64,000 nucleotides of DNA from Halorarum halobium (lineage in GTDB: Archaea; Halobacteriota; Halobacteria; Halobacteriales; Haloferacaceae): the NCBI RefSeq assembly GCF_032116555.1, contig NZ_CP134949.1:2418001-2482000 (forward strand), read 5' to 3'. The stretch's first letter is position 1. The number at the start of each line of letters is the position of its first letter. Below the pieces are notes generated by a model that searched no databases, was not told the origin of the DNA, and was given only the letters and a program-made list of their open reading frames with translations. Positions 39,663 through 49,818 of this stretch are shown piece by piece. Made by a program: the position numbers and the translations under genes.

Positions 39663-40298
39663 ATGGCCCATCTGCAGCTAAAAATTGACGCATCGAAGGT
39701 TGAAGATTGGCTGGCGATTCTCTCAACAGAGTTTCCGGAGGCACAGTTCAACATATCAGCGACGATTCCCATTAACAACGGCTTGCTCGGGATCGTCGAA
39801 ATCCGGACACGAGATGGTGGAAGGATAGTGGAAAGTGTCGAAGAGAAACCCGAGGTAGAGTCTTGCGAACCACTCCATACGGACGATCAAATGGTGGTAT
39901 TCCAATTCACAAGCCGGATGACAGAGTCATATGAGGCACTCATCTCGTCGGGGACTGTTCCACTGTATCCAGTTAGCCTTCAAAACGGATGGTATTCGGC
40001 CCAATTAACGGCTCCACAGGACCAATTGTCGGAATATCTGGATGAGATAACGGACGTCGGGATTCCGTATGAAATCGTCTCACTAACCCACTCATACGAC
40101 CCAAGCGAGTTGCTTACGGAGCGCCAATGGCAGGTGGTTGCTGAAGCGGTTGAACGTGGGTACTACGAGGCGACCCAACGCTGCACGCTCACCGAGTTAG
40201 CAGAAACGTTCGATATCAACAAATCGTCGATGAGTAAGCTGCTTCAGCGGGCAGAAAATAGAATCGTTACCGAGTTCGTCGCCAGGGCGTCCGCATAG
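39663..40298 (+). CDS. Bat-type HTH-10 transcriptional regulator
   Basis: LTERQWQVVAEAVERGYY...CTLTELA. Confidence 0.9.
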   Translation: MAHLQLKIDASKVEDWLAILSTEFPEAQFNISATIPINNGLLGIVEIRTRDGGRIVESVEEKPEVESCEPLHTDDQMVVFQFTSRMTESYEALISSGTVPLYPVSLQNGWYSAQLTAPQDQLSEYLDEITDVGIPYEIVSLTHSYDPSELLTERQWQVVAEAVERGYYEATQRCTLTELAETFDINKSSMSKLLQRAENRIVTEFVARASA

Positions 40299-40437
40299 CG
40301 CGAGACGGTGACGGTGTAACGCAGTCGGCGTTCGATCGTTGATGTAGACACGCGTTCTTGGTGTGAAAGACTGCAGCGCTAGTCGCAGGCAAGAACGCGA
40401 CTGACTATTGGTGGAGTCTCCGAAACAGCCGGTCGTG

Positions 40438-41100
40438 TTAGCGGTCGGTGGCGCCGACGCGCAGCGACGAGAACACGGCCGCCTCGATCTTCCGCAGGTG
40501 CTCGCCGACGGTCGTCTCGGAGAGTCCGGTTGCCGCCGCGATCTCGTTGTGGGTCGCCTCGCGAGGCTCTCGGTAGTATCCGAGGTCGACTGCTGCCTCG
40601 AGCACCTCGCGCTGGCGCTCGGTCAACCGGGAGACTACGTGGCGAGGCCCGGGGTTGTACGGGCCGGTTCGCTCGACATCGACCCTGACGCCGTCCGGCT
40701 GCTCGGAGAGCACGTCGGCGAAGGCCGCCTCCGTCCCGATGTAGGTCACCCGGAGACCGCCTTCGTCGGTGTACTCGACCGGCATGTCGATCAGGTACGA
40801 CGACTCGCGACGACCCTGCATGAGCATCCGAGTCAGATCGTCCGCCACATAGCGCGTGTAGGCGAAGAACCCGGCATCGTCGCCGGAGATCGAGAACTCG
40901 TAGACCTCGGGCGCCTCCGACAACACCTGTCGGAGCCCCTCGACGTCGCCGCGACCCTCGGCGAACATCGCCACCGTGTCATCGTCGAGGAGTTCCATTC
41001 GGTGGATGGCTCGGTACGCCAAGCCGAGCTCGTTGACCCGTCGGTCGAGCCGGTTGATTCCCTCCTCGTCGGGATAGGCCACGACGGTGACGTAACGCAT
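40438..41100 (-). CDS. Bat-type HTH-10 transcriptional regulator
   Basis: LTERQREVLEAAVDLGYYREPR...TVGEHLRKIE. Confidence 0.9.
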   Translation of the reverse strand: MRYVTVVAYPDEEGINRLDRRVNELGLAYRAIHRMELLDDDTVAMFAEGRGDVEGLRQVLSEAPEVYEFSISGDDAGFFAYTRYVADDLTRMLMQGRRESSYLIDMPVEYTDEGGLRVTYIGTEAAFADVLSEQPDGVRVDVERTGPYNPGPRHVVSRLTERQREVLEAAVDLGYYREPREATHNEIAAATGLSETTVGEHLRKIEAAVFSSLRVGATDR

Positions 41101-41138
41101 GCACTCACCATGGCGCGCCACCGCAAAAGTCGTTGACT

Positions 41139-41181
41139 ATAAGCGTCCGGGGATCACCGGCAGTGCCGTCATAGCTCCCGG
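41139..41181 (+). repeat. Copy 1 of a 43-bp promoter-region direct repeat
   Basis: 37/43 identical to 42169-42211 by manual alignment. Confidence 0.85.
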
Positions 41182-41198
41182 TTAAGGAGAGATAACTG

Positions 41199-41342
41199 AT
41201 GAATCTCATAAATTTAATCGCGGAGATCTCGAGCTTTGATCCCACCATTGGGGCTGAGAGAACGCTTTCTCTTGGAATCTGTCACCGGGCTACCAATCGT
41301 GAACGTTTTCCTCATACTGGGGACCGACGCGACGGAATATGA
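41199..41342 (+). CDS. 47-aa leader mini-ORF coupled to the SDR
   Basis: MNLINLIAEISSF...GDRRDGI; ATGA overlap with the SDR start. Confidence 0.4.
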   Translation: MNLINLIAEISSFDPTIGAERTLSLGICHRATNRERFPHTGDRRDGI

Positions 41343-42103
41343 CCACGTCGAACGACGAGATGGTCGTCGTCCTCACCGGCGCGAACGCAGGTATCGGCTA
41401 CCACATGTTGAGAGTCCTGGCCAAGGACAAACACCGGATTGCTGCCCTCGATATTGCTGGCGACAACGTTCGTGACGTTCGAGACGACTATCCCGGTCAG
41501 GTTCGATACTACGAATGCGACGTCACCGACGCCGACGACGTGGACATGGCGGTGAGCGACATCATCGACGACTGGGACCGAATCGATATCCTCGTCAACA
41601 ACGCGGGTGTCGCCCGATTCGCTCCGTTTCAGGAGCGCTCGATGGCTGATACCCGTCGCGAGTTCGAGATCAACTTCTTCGGCTACCAACGACTGATTCG
41701 GGCGGTTCTCCCGCACATGCTAGAACAGGGGACCGGTATCATCCACAACATGGGCTCCGGGACACCGGACACCGGACATCCTGGTCTATCTGGGTATTCC
41801 GCAACCAAAGGTGCGATCAAGGGGTTCACCCGCTCCCTCCGGCTCGAACTCCGACACACGGATGTCTCCTGTACGTTGATGATTCCGCCGTCCACGAACA
41901 CGCAGATGACTGCAGATATCGAATACCCGGAGTGGATGACGGTCGAAGCCGAGGAAGTGGGTCGCAAGCTGGCATCCAAGATCCATTCGACCCAGTCGGT
42001 AATCACGCCCGACTGGAAAACAAGGGCCGGTTTATCGCTTACCCGATGGTTTCCCTCGATCTGGCGAAGAATGACGGCCGGGCTCGTCGAAAAGCCAGAA
42101 TAG
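41339..42103 (+). CDS. SDR family oxidoreductase
   Basis: TGANAGIG, NNAG, YSATK. Confidence 0.9.
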   Translation: MTTSNDEMVVVLTGANAGIGYHMLRVLAKDKHRIAALDIAGDNVRDVRDDYPGQVRYYECDVTDADDVDMAVSDIIDDWDRIDILVNNAGVARFAPFQERSMADTRREFEINFFGYQRLIRAVLPHMLEQGTGIIHNMGSGTPDTGHPGLSGYSATKGAIKGFTRSLRLELRHTDVSCTLMIPPSTNTQMTADIEYPEWMTVEAEEVGRKLASKIHSTQSVITPDWKTRAGLSLTRWFPSIWRRMTAGLVEKPE

Positions 42104-42168
42104 CGACACGAACGGCCCCATGTCGATCCCCGTTGACGAGGAAGCAACACCTCCCTCACATCGTGCAC

Positions 42169-42211
42169 ATGAGCGTCCGTGGATCACCGGCAGTGCGCTC
42201 ATCGCCCCCGG
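42169..42211 (+). repeat. Copy 2 of the 43-bp promoter-region direct repeat
   Basis: Core GGATCACCGGCAGTGC identical to copy 1. Confidence 0.85.
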
Positions 42212-42229
42212 CAAGGAAGGGTACTCACC

Positions 42230-42470
42230 ATGTCCGGCCGGTCGCCGACGAGCGTCCTGCTGCCCACGATGAGGTGGACCGACGCCTGCGCGGAGCAAGC
42301 CGCCCAACTCGGAGACGACGACGAGCTACTGGTCATCCACGACGGCGAGGAAGGTCCCGTCACCTAGCGGGAGGATCTCCCCGAGCGAGTCCGACTCGTC
42401 GCCGTCAGTGAGCGGGAACCGATACCGGGAAAAGGCCACCGCCACCGGGATGGAGGCTGGTCGCGCCGAG
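42230..42470 (+). pseudogene. Glycosyltransferase (GT-A, GT2/GT21-like) N-terminal remnant
   Basis: SVLLPTMRWTDAC...DDELLVIHD, stop at 42365, then VRLVA...GMEA; parallels 45575-46442. Confidence 0.7.
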
Positions 42471-42639
42471 CCGTTCCGCAAACTCCTCCGAGATATCCGC
42501 GGCGCTCACCGGTTCGTCATCGACCACGTGTCAGAGTTCCCTTCGACCGGCCTCGGCGACGGCGACAAACGCGCTGGCGGCGTCGTGGACGTGGAGTCGC
42601 GAACTGGTCACGTTTTCCGAGCCCTCGATGATCGTCTGC

Positions 42640-43434
42640 TCACCAGCCGATTTCCCAGCCGCCGGATGGGTGGATGGTCTGTCCGGTCACCCACCGCCCG
42701 TCGGCACTGACGAGGAAGGCGACCACGTCAGCGACCTCGTCCGCCCGTCCGCGGCGACCGAGAGGCGTCCGTTCGACCATCCGTTCGACCGTCTCGTCGC
42801 TCATCAGTAGCCCATCGGTGTCCGTGATCCCGGGCGAGACCGTGTTGACCCTGATGCCCCACTCGCCGAGTTCTTCGGCGAGCGCGATTACCATCCGCTC
42901 TCCCGCCGCTTTGCTGCCGGCGTAGGGACCGATTCCCGATCCACCCCGTGCAGTTCCCACGGTCGAGAAATCGACGATTCGTCCGCCCTCGGCGATGCGG
43001 TTCGCCGCCTCCCGGAGAACCAGGAAGGTTCCCTTCGCGTTAACGTCGAAGACGCGTTCGAAGTCCGCCTCCGCGAAGTCCGACAGTCGTCCGCAGATGG
43101 CAATTCCCGCAGCGTTGACGACGATATCGACGCGTCCGAACGCGGCTTCGGCCTCGTCGAACAATCGCTCGACGTCGTCCGCTTCGCTCACGTCTCCCTG
43201 GACGACGATCGCTTCGCCGCCGTCGGCATCGATCGCGTCGAGGGTGCCTTTCGCCGCATCCTCGTCGGCCACGTAGTTGACGAGGACGGACGCGCCGTCG
43301 TTCGCGAGTCGCTCGGCGGTCGCACGGCCGATGCCGCGCGAGGAACCAGTCACGATAGCCACATCCCCGTCGAGGTTGGTCATCGTCTGTGCGCCACCGT
43401 CCGTCCGATCGTGGTCGTCGTTTCGTTCGTTCAT
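42640..43434 (-). CDS. SDR family oxidoreductase (alternative start 43383)
   Basis: TGSSRGIG, NAAG, YAGSK. Confidence 0.9.
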   Translation of the reverse strand: MNERNDDHDRTDGGAQTMTNLDGDVAIVTGSSRGIGRATAERLANDGASVLVNYVADEDAAKGTLDAIDADGGEAIVVQGDVSEADDVERLFDEAEAAFGRVDIVVNAAGIAICGRLSDFAEADFERVFDVNAKGTFLVLREAANRIAEGGRIVDFSTVGTARGGSGIGPYAGSKAAGERMVIALAEELGEWGIRVNTVSPGITDTDGLLMSDETVERMVERTPLGRRGRADEVADVVAFLVSADGRWVTGQTIHPSGGWEIGW

Positions 43435-43636
43435 CACTGGCACGTTCCTTCGATATCGCCGTCGCGGGACCGCCCGGTTTTCGTCGCACCGAATCGAACG
43501 GTCGTCCGTGCGGTCGAGTGCCGTTCGGCAGTACTGCCATCGTTTCGTCGTTGGTTTCGTGTCATGTTTTCGAAGCGGTTGGTAACGTTCGCGTGGGAAG
43601 TGGATCGTTTGTCGACTCGATCTGGTCGTCCCGTAC

Positions 43637-44593
43637 TTAGAGGAGGAGATTGAACGCGAGACCGACGGTGACGCCGATCGCAACGATGGTCCCGGCGTAG
43701 ACGAGCAGCAATCGGCGATCGAAGAGCTTGTTCAGGAGGACGAGATTCGGGACGCTCACGCCCGCGCCACCGACGACGAAGGCAAGAACCGTCCCGATGG
43801 CGACCCCCTGTTCGCTGAGCGACGCCGCGATGGGCAACATACCGCTGAGGCTGACGTAGACCGGCGCGCCCGCAAGTGCGGCCAGCGGGACGGCCAGCAG
43901 GTTGTCGGGTCCGAGGACCGTTCGCAACGCGTCGACGGGAACGACGCCGTGGATCAGTGCGCCGATGACCATGCCGAGAACCAGATACGGAAGGGTATCG
44001 ACGAAGAACGACCAGGCATCCTGCGCCGCCGCCTCGATGCGCTGGCCGCGGGTCGCCTCGGTGGGTACCGTCCTGGCCGCCTCGTGATCGGCTGTCCCGC
44101 CGTCTGCCACGGCGGTTCGACTGCCGTCGTCCACGATGCGGACGTCTTTGACGTGCTCGGCTAGCCCCAATCGACCGATGACGAGCCCACCGACGACGGA
44201 CGCGGCGAAGGTCAGGACGACGTACCAGACGGTCACTTCGAGGCCGAACAATCCGAGCAGCAGCACCACCGCGATCTCGTTGACGAGCGGCGAGGCGAGC
44301 AGGAACGAGAACGCGATTCCGAGCGGCGCACCCGCCTGCAGCAATCCGGCCAGGACGGGCACGGTCGAGCACGAGCAGAACGGCGTCACCGCACCCAGTC
44401 CGGCAGCGGCCACGTTGCCTGTGCCTTCGTCGTAGCGACGAAGTTTGCGCTCGATGTCTTCCGGTGGCAGGTACTCGCCCACGAGGCCCACGAGGAACGA
44501 CGCCCCGAGGAACAGCGGAACGAGAACCAGAGCCAGGTACACGAAGTACGCGCCAGAGTCGAGGAGCGCACTCTCGAACCCACTCGGCAACAC
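43637..44593 (-). CDS. ArsP/DUF318 permease
   Basis: TPFCSCSTVP, FLLASPLVNE; two-repeat TM architecture. Confidence 0.9.
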   Translation of the reverse strand: MLPSGFESALLDSGAYFVYLALVLVPLFLGASFLVGLVGEYLPPEDIERKLRRYDEGTGNVAAAGLGAVTPFCSCSTVPVLAGLLQAGAPLGIAFSFLLASPLVNEIAVVLLLGLFGLEVTVWYVVLTFAASVVGGLVIGRLGLAEHVKDVRIVDDGSRTAVADGGTADHEAARTVPTEATRGQRIEAAAQDAWSFFVDTLPYLVLGMVIGALIHGVVPVDALRTVLGPDNLLAVPLAALAGAPVYVSLSGMLPIAASLSEQGVAIGTVLAFVVGGAGVSVPNLVLLNKLFDRRLLLVYAGTIVAIGVTVGLAFNLLL

Positions 44594-44594
44594 G

Positions 44595-44978
44595 TCAGGC
44601 GTCCTCCCCGACGGCCCGGGCGAGGTCGAGGAGTTCGAACACCGCGGTGTCGGCGATGCGATAGTAACTCCACTTTCCTTTTTTGCGAGACTTGACCAAC
44701 CCCGCCGCTTTCAGCTTTCGAAGGTGCGTGGCGACGGTCGATTGGGGTGCGTCGAGGACGACCTGCAGTTCACATCCACAGCACTCCGACTGGCGCAGCA
44801 CTTCGAGAACCCGGAGTCGATCCTCGTTCCCGAGCGCCTTGAAGACGGTTCCCTGACCGGCGACGTCCTCCACTGACGGGCGAATGTCCTGCAGGGCCGC
44901 TATTTTGGCGTCCGGATCGTCGTACAGTCGATCGATCGTGTCGTAGACATCGTCGGGCGTCGAGTCCGTTTCAGACAT
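44595..44978 (-). CDS. arsR: Metal(loid)-sensing ArsR regulator
   Basis: FKALGNEDRLRVL...ECCGCEL...PQSTVATHL...GKWSYY. Confidence 0.9.
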   Translation of the reverse strand: MSETDSTPDDVYDTIDRLYDDPDAKIAALQDIRPSVEDVAGQGTVFKALGNEDRLRVLEVLRQSECCGCELQVVLDAPQSTVATHLRKLKAAGLVKSRKKGKWSYYRIADTAVFELLDLARAVGEDA

Positions 44979-45000
44979 ATCTCGTTTTTCCGTTTTTCTC

Positions 45001-45144
45001 TTATTCGCTGCAGGGCCCCGAGTCGTCCTCGCGTGAATCCGATTCAACCGATTCGACTTCGGCACCGCAGCAATCCGATTCTTCTTCCGGTTCGTACCGC
45101 GCAACGATTCGATCCCAAAGGCGACCGATGTTGTTCTGAGCCAT
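45001..45144 (-). CDS. 47-aa acidic Cys-Cys micro-protein (not in the ORF track)
   Basis: MAQNNIGRLWDRIVARYEPEEESDCCGAEVESVESDSREDDSGPCSE; sits between the operator and arsR. Confidence 0.6.
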   Translation of the reverse strand: MAQNNIGRLWDRIVARYEPEEESDCCGAEVESVESDSREDDSGPCSE

Positions 45145-45152
45145 CGCATCAT

Positions 45153-45168
45153 ATTGTATTTCTACAAT
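45153..45168. promoter_or_regulatory. Palindrome ATTGTA-TTTC-TACAAT, candidate ArsR operator
   Basis: Perfect 6-4-6 inverted repeat between an AT-rich TATA region and the first ATG. Confidence 0.6.
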
Positions 45169-45574
45169 TTGTATTAACCTTTCGTTTGCCCGTCGATCTA
45201 GACTCTCATGGGCGAGGGGAAGTCAGTCAGTAGTTCCGACGTTACGATAGGACGCTTCGTTCAGGGCCGAGTTTGATTCCAAAGCCGATGAGAACGCTGC
45301 CACGTACCGTACGAAGAGCCGTCTGGATGAGTTCGCGCTCGGTGATTGCCCGCCGGTCCCGTGCCGAGATGATTGTAAGAACCACTCGATGCCAAAATCC
45401 GAGCGTGACAGACGAGACTCCAGTTCTCGAATACGACGTGCTCCCCGTTCGGGTTGTTCGGCTCCTACCGGCAGCATCGGCGCGCACTGACGCGACCGTG
45501 ACCTCGTCGCTTCACGTCGATGTCGCCGATCGCTGAAGCGACCGACAGTCTCAGGAATCTCCGGCTTTGTTCAG

Positions 45575-46442
45575 ATGAACCGATGCATGCGGGAACTGGC
45601 TCCCCAGCTCGAATACAGCGACGAGCTATTGGTCGTCCACGACACCGAGGACGACCCAGTCGCCGAACACGATGGCCACGGTGAGGGCGTCAGGCTCGTC
45701 GCCGCCGGTGAGCCAGCGGGCTGTTCGGGGAGCCACCGCCATCGCCGGCGGGATGGAGGCTGCACGCCACGACCGCCTCGTCTGGACGGACGACGACTTC
45801 CACCACCCGCCGGACTGGCTGGCGACGATGAACGCGGACTACGAAACCCACGGCCCCGTGTCGGAGGTGCCGTACTTCGTCGGAGAGGATCCCCTGTCAG
45901 TGCTGCTCGAACCGCTGTACGCCTCGGCCGGCTCGCTGGGTCTCTATCTCGGCAATCAGATTTGGGGTGGTGCGGTCGTGTTCGAGCGAAGCGACATCGA
46001 CGAGGTCGCGTTTCTTGACGAGCTTCGGCGGACCGTCAGCGACGACGGACTCCTCATGGAGTACCTCCAGGTGACGACGGTCGGCCGGACGCGCATCGTC
46101 CCCATCGGGGGAACCATCCGGGAGGCGGTCGAGCGCCCGGTCCGATGGACACAGATTCTCCGCTGGCATTTCCCCGGGACAGTCGCCGGGATCTGTCCGG
46201 TCTCGTTGCTCGTCCTCGCTGGAGCGATCTTGGCTCCGCTCCATGCGGCAGTCGTTCTGACGGTGGTGCACCTCGGCGTCAACGAGGTACTGGGCGTCCG
46301 CCGGTGGACGGCCGTGCTGGCCTACCCATCGCTGTTCGTGTTTGTCCCTCTCATTTTCTACGCGCTCGCCCGACGGACGTTCGTCTGGGGCGGCCGGCGA
46401 TACCGCTGGCGCGGGAAGTTCGACGTGGCTATCGTTGAGTAG
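45575..46442 (+). pseudogene. Membrane glycosyltransferase (GT2/GT21-like), 5' truncated and frameshifted near 45730
   Basis: ELLVVHD...GEPAGCSG | AIAGGMEAARHDRLVWTDDD, SDD, RW, FVWGGRRY. Confidence 0.8.
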
Positions 46443-46544
46443 CGACCTGGCCGAAGACGACACCATAATCGAGATGTGTTCGTGACCCGCTCACCCCGTT
46501 CGAACGACAGCGATCGATGCAGTTGCTGGAAGCGCGGGGACTCG

Positions 46545-47195
46545 CTATCGCTCATTCGTCGAGGATCGTGAATCGCCGCCCGCCGACCCAAACGCAGTGA
46601 TGATCTTTCCCTCGGCTCGATGGAGCACGCGACTCACGGCGGATTTGTTCACGTCGAGGTGCTCGGCGAGCGCCGTCAGCGTGCAGTCACGCGGTGAATC
46701 GTAGTATCCGTGTTCCAGGGCAACGTCGACGACCTCGCGCTGACGGTCGGTAAGCAGGGGAGACTCCGTGGACGTCGCAGAAACCTGCGTGATCCGATAC
46801 TCGATCCCTGCCGAATCCAGTTCGTCGCGAAAGGCGGAGAGCTGATCTCGCGACGCGACGAGGTCACCGACGAGCCACCCGCCTTCGAGGTGCAACGGAA
46901 ACGACGGGACGACACCGGAGTCCGCAATCGCCCCATGTGGTTCGGGTATCGTCGTGGCCACCTCGCAGAGAACCCGGTCGGAACCCGCGTGCCGGACCTC
47001 GAAATCGGTGACGTCGGAGATCGTTCCGAGCGTCTCAGTGAGTGGGTCGACATCGAGTACGTCCGTCTCCACGAGCAGGCGGAGCTCCTCCCCATCGGGC
47101 CACGCTCCAAGAACCTCGAACGCTACGTCGGGATGGGCTTCTGAAAGCGCGACGAGCCCGTCGTTCGACTTGACCTTCAACGTCGCCTGGGGCAT
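46545..47195 (-). CDS. Bat-type HTH-10 transcriptional regulator
   Basis: LTDRQREVVDVALEHGYYDSPRDCTL...LHRAEG. Confidence 0.9.
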   Translation of the reverse strand: MPQATLKVKSNDGLVALSEAHPDVAFEVLGAWPDGEELRLLVETDVLDVDPLTETLGTISDVTDFEVRHAGSDRVLCEVATTIPEPHGAIADSGVVPSFPLHLEGGWLVGDLVASRDQLSAFRDELDSAGIEYRITQVSATSTESPLLTDRQREVVDVALEHGYYDSPRDCTLTALAEHLDVNKSAVSRVLHRAEGKIITAFGSAGGDSRSSTNER

Positions 47196-47269
47196 GATTC
47201 ATCCCTCGAGTGTCCTTGGTGCAGACCGACGTGCATACAGGTACGAGACGATCCACTCCTATCAAACCG

Positions 47270-47692
47270 TCAGTTGATCTCGGAGAGTGCACCGACCTGT
47301 CCCATGAGGCCCAACTGGTCGCTTTGCGTCCAGGTCTCGATCAGTTGCCCGTCCTCGAAACGATTGATCTCGATGGCAGCCAGTTCGACCCGCTCCCCGG
47401 TGGGCTCGACCCCGAATAGCCGCCCTTCGTGCGTTCCCACCATCGTCCACCGAAGCGCGACCTCGTCGTCCGCGGCGACCACGTCTTCGATAGTGAACGA
47501 TAGATTCGAGAATAACTCACGCGTCGACGACGCGAGCGCGTTGTAGAGGTCGGGCCCCTGCAACTCCTCGGCGAGTTCTCTGTCGTGGATGACGTACGCG
47601 TCGTGGACCAGTTCCTCGGCCGTGTTCGGGTTCTTGCCGTTCCAAACGTCCTCGTAGAGTCGCTCGATTACCTGCCGGTTGGTGTCGCCCAT
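47270..47692 (-). CDS. SnoaL-like ester cyclase
   Basis: TIEDVVAADDEVALRWTMVGTHEG...EPTGE...RFEDG. Confidence 0.9.
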   Translation of the reverse strand: MGDTNRQVIERLYEDVWNGKNPNTAEELVHDAYVIHDRELAEELQGPDLYNALASSTRELFSNLSFTIEDVVAADDEVALRWTMVGTHEGRLFGVEPTGERVELAAIEINRFEDGQLIETWTQSDQLGLMGQVGALSEIN

Positions 47693-47730
47693 CCGAAGTA
47701 GATAGCGAGGTGACGACCGTAGCCATTATC

Positions 47731-47744
47731 GTGAACATGTTGAC
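47731..47744. promoter_or_regulatory. Candidate HTH-10 operator GTGAACATGTTGAC
   Basis: 39 bp upstream of the cyclase ATG; flanked by CATTA/TAATG. Confidence 0.6.
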
Positions 47745-48001
47745 GTAATGGGGTTGCTCGTTTGAGACGAGTATTGAGTCGTCCACCGGGAGTCGTTACG
47801 ACGGCGCCACCACCTAATTTCGAACTCCGTCGGTTGGACTCCTCGCGAGCCAGCGCGATACTGTCTGGACGGTGAGACGACCGAATCGACATCAAGACAA
47901 ACCCTTCATCTGGTGATTCCAAGTGTTTCCCTATGGCCACTATGAATCGAAGGATGGACTGAGTAAGGCGATTTTTTCGAGAGTGTGGAACTACACCGGA
48001 T

Positions 48002-48643
48002 TCAAACGAGTTCCATAATGACCTTCGTCTCGATCTTCCGCAAGTGCTCACCTACCGTTCCCGCAGAGATGTTCGCTCGGTCAGCGAGGTCTCGGAGAGT
48101 CGTACGCCGTGGCATCTCGTAGTAGCCCTCGTCGATCGCTAGTTCCAACAGTTCTCGCTGGCGATCCGTCAGCAGCGACGATAGCTGGCGCATCTCCGGT
48201 CGATACTCGCCGAGGCCTTCGAGCGTAATCCGGATGCCGTCGGGGATTTCCTCGATGGCCTCTCGGATCGTCCCCTCCTCTCCAATGATGGTTACCCGAA
48301 GGCCGCCCCGATCGGTGTATTCCATCGGCCAGTCCACGACGACCTCATACCGTCGGAATATACCGAGGAGGTCGGTCATGAGGGCGTTTGCTCGAAAGTG
48401 GAGATGGACGAGCCCTTCCGATGCTGTCGACTGCTCGACGGAAAGTACATCGGGATCCGCTTCCAGTGCGTCCATGCCCTGTTCGAAATCGCCACGGAGT
48501 TGATAGAGTCCAACGCCAGTTCCGTCGTTCAAGAGGTTGATGTAGTGAATCGCTTCACCGTGGACTGCTGAATCGGACACACGCTCACCGCTAGAACAGC
48601 GTTCGTCGTCGATCTGCTCGATGACGAACGTCGTATATCTCAT
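48002..48643 (-). CDS. Bat-type HTH-10 transcriptional regulator
   Basis: LTDRQRELLELAIDEGYYEMPR...TVGEHLRKIE. Confidence 0.9.
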   Translation of the reverse strand: MRYTTFVIEQIDDERCSSGERVSDSAVHGEAIHYINLLNDGTGVGLYQLRGDFEQGMDALEADPDVLSVEQSTASEGLVHLHFRANALMTDLLGIFRRYEVVVDWPMEYTDRGGLRVTIIGEEGTIREAIEEIPDGIRITLEGLGEYRPEMRQLSSLLTDRQRELLELAIDEGYYEMPRRTTLRDLADRANISAGTVGEHLRKIETKVIMELV

Positions 48644-48832
48644 GCTAGTGATCCGTTCCCCGCGGCCGGAACGACTGTGTTCGGCCGGACTGTGTAGGGA
48701 GAGAGTGACTGGACCGCGTCTGGAGCGTGCTGCACTGCATCAAAGAAAGTGTACGCAACGTGCGTATTTAAACCCACCTCAGATGTATGGCACTATTCGC
48801 ATGCGGCGGTAGCTCGTCTCTATCGCCAACAC

Positions 48833-49594
48833 ATGCCAGGAAGCAAATCCGGAAGAGGCCACACGAGTCGGACGGAAACGAGCGCACCAGCCCTCGGTCA
48901 GCCGACGGCCCCATTCACCGAGCGATTCGACCCTGCTGCGCACCGGCGGTATCTCTCTCGTGACCTCCACGGGGAGGTACTGGATCTCGGTGCGGGGAAC
49001 GGTGCTATGTTCCCGTATCTGCGTACGGCCATGCAGCGCGAACCAACACTCCACCTGCACGCAATCGAACCGGATCCCGGCCGACGCAAAGAGGCGAATC
49101 GAATCGCCAGCGCGCACGATCTCGAGATACACGTACGGTCGGGACGAGCCGAATCCCTCCCGTATGCGGACGACACGTTCGACGTGGTCATCGCCTCCGC
49201 GGTGTTCTGTACGGTACTGGACCCGGCTCGTGCGCTCGAGGAAGTCCACCGCGTCGTGAAGCCGGATGGTGAATTCCGCTTTTTCGAACACGTTCGGTCG
49301 GACGGCCTCCGTGGCTACGTTCAGGACGTCTTGACACCACTCTGGAAACGGGTCGACAACGGCTGCCACCTCGACCGTCGAACGGCCGACTGGATCGCAG
49401 CGGGCCCGTTCGCTCTCGACGAGATCGAAACGCTACGTTTCGGAATTAGCCCGGTCAGGCCATTCGTGCGGGGAACTGCCACGCCAGTGAGTCAAACCGA
49501 GACTGCCAGCCGAAGCGAGTGGAGGGAGTCCGTCTCTTCGGCCACGCTGAAATCCACGAGTGACGGTCGGTTTCAGGAGTCGATTGAAACATGA
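48833..49594 (+). CDS. Class I SAM-dependent methyltransferase
   Basis: VLDLGAGNG, AESLPYADDTFD, VFCTV, FFEHV, GCHLDR. Confidence 0.9.
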   Translation: MPGSKSGRGHTSRTETSAPALGQPTAPFTERFDPAAHRRYLSRDLHGEVLDLGAGNGAMFPYLRTAMQREPTLHLHAIEPDPGRRKEANRIASAHDLEIHVRSGRAESLPYADDTFDVVIASAVFCTVLDPARALEEVHRVVKPDGEFRFFEHVRSDGLRGYVQDVLTPLWKRVDNGCHLDRRTADWIAAGPFALDEIETLRFGISPVRPFVRGTATPVSQTETASRSEWRESVSSATLKSTSDGRFQESIET

Positions 49595-49818
49595 ATGCGA
49601 AAGTGGCTGTATTGACAGTCCTCGGTCCCATCGTGACGATTCTCGGGACGTTGTGGTTAGTTCAAGGCCTCGGAATCCTCCAGATAGGCCCCGTCTTGTG
49701 CGTCGCGGACTGTGAACCGATCACTGGAAGATCAATGCAATGGACGGTCATCGGCGTGATAGCCCTGATCGCGGGAATTGCCATTAGCGGAGCGGGGCTA
49801 CGTCGCATCAATCGATGA
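49591..49818 (+). CDS. Small membrane protein
   Basis: Two TM segments; ATGA overlap with the methyltransferase. Confidence 0.65.
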   Translation: MNAKVAVLTVLGPIVTILGTLWLVQGLGILQIGPVLCVADCEPITGRSMQWTVIGVIALIAGIAISGAGLRRINR

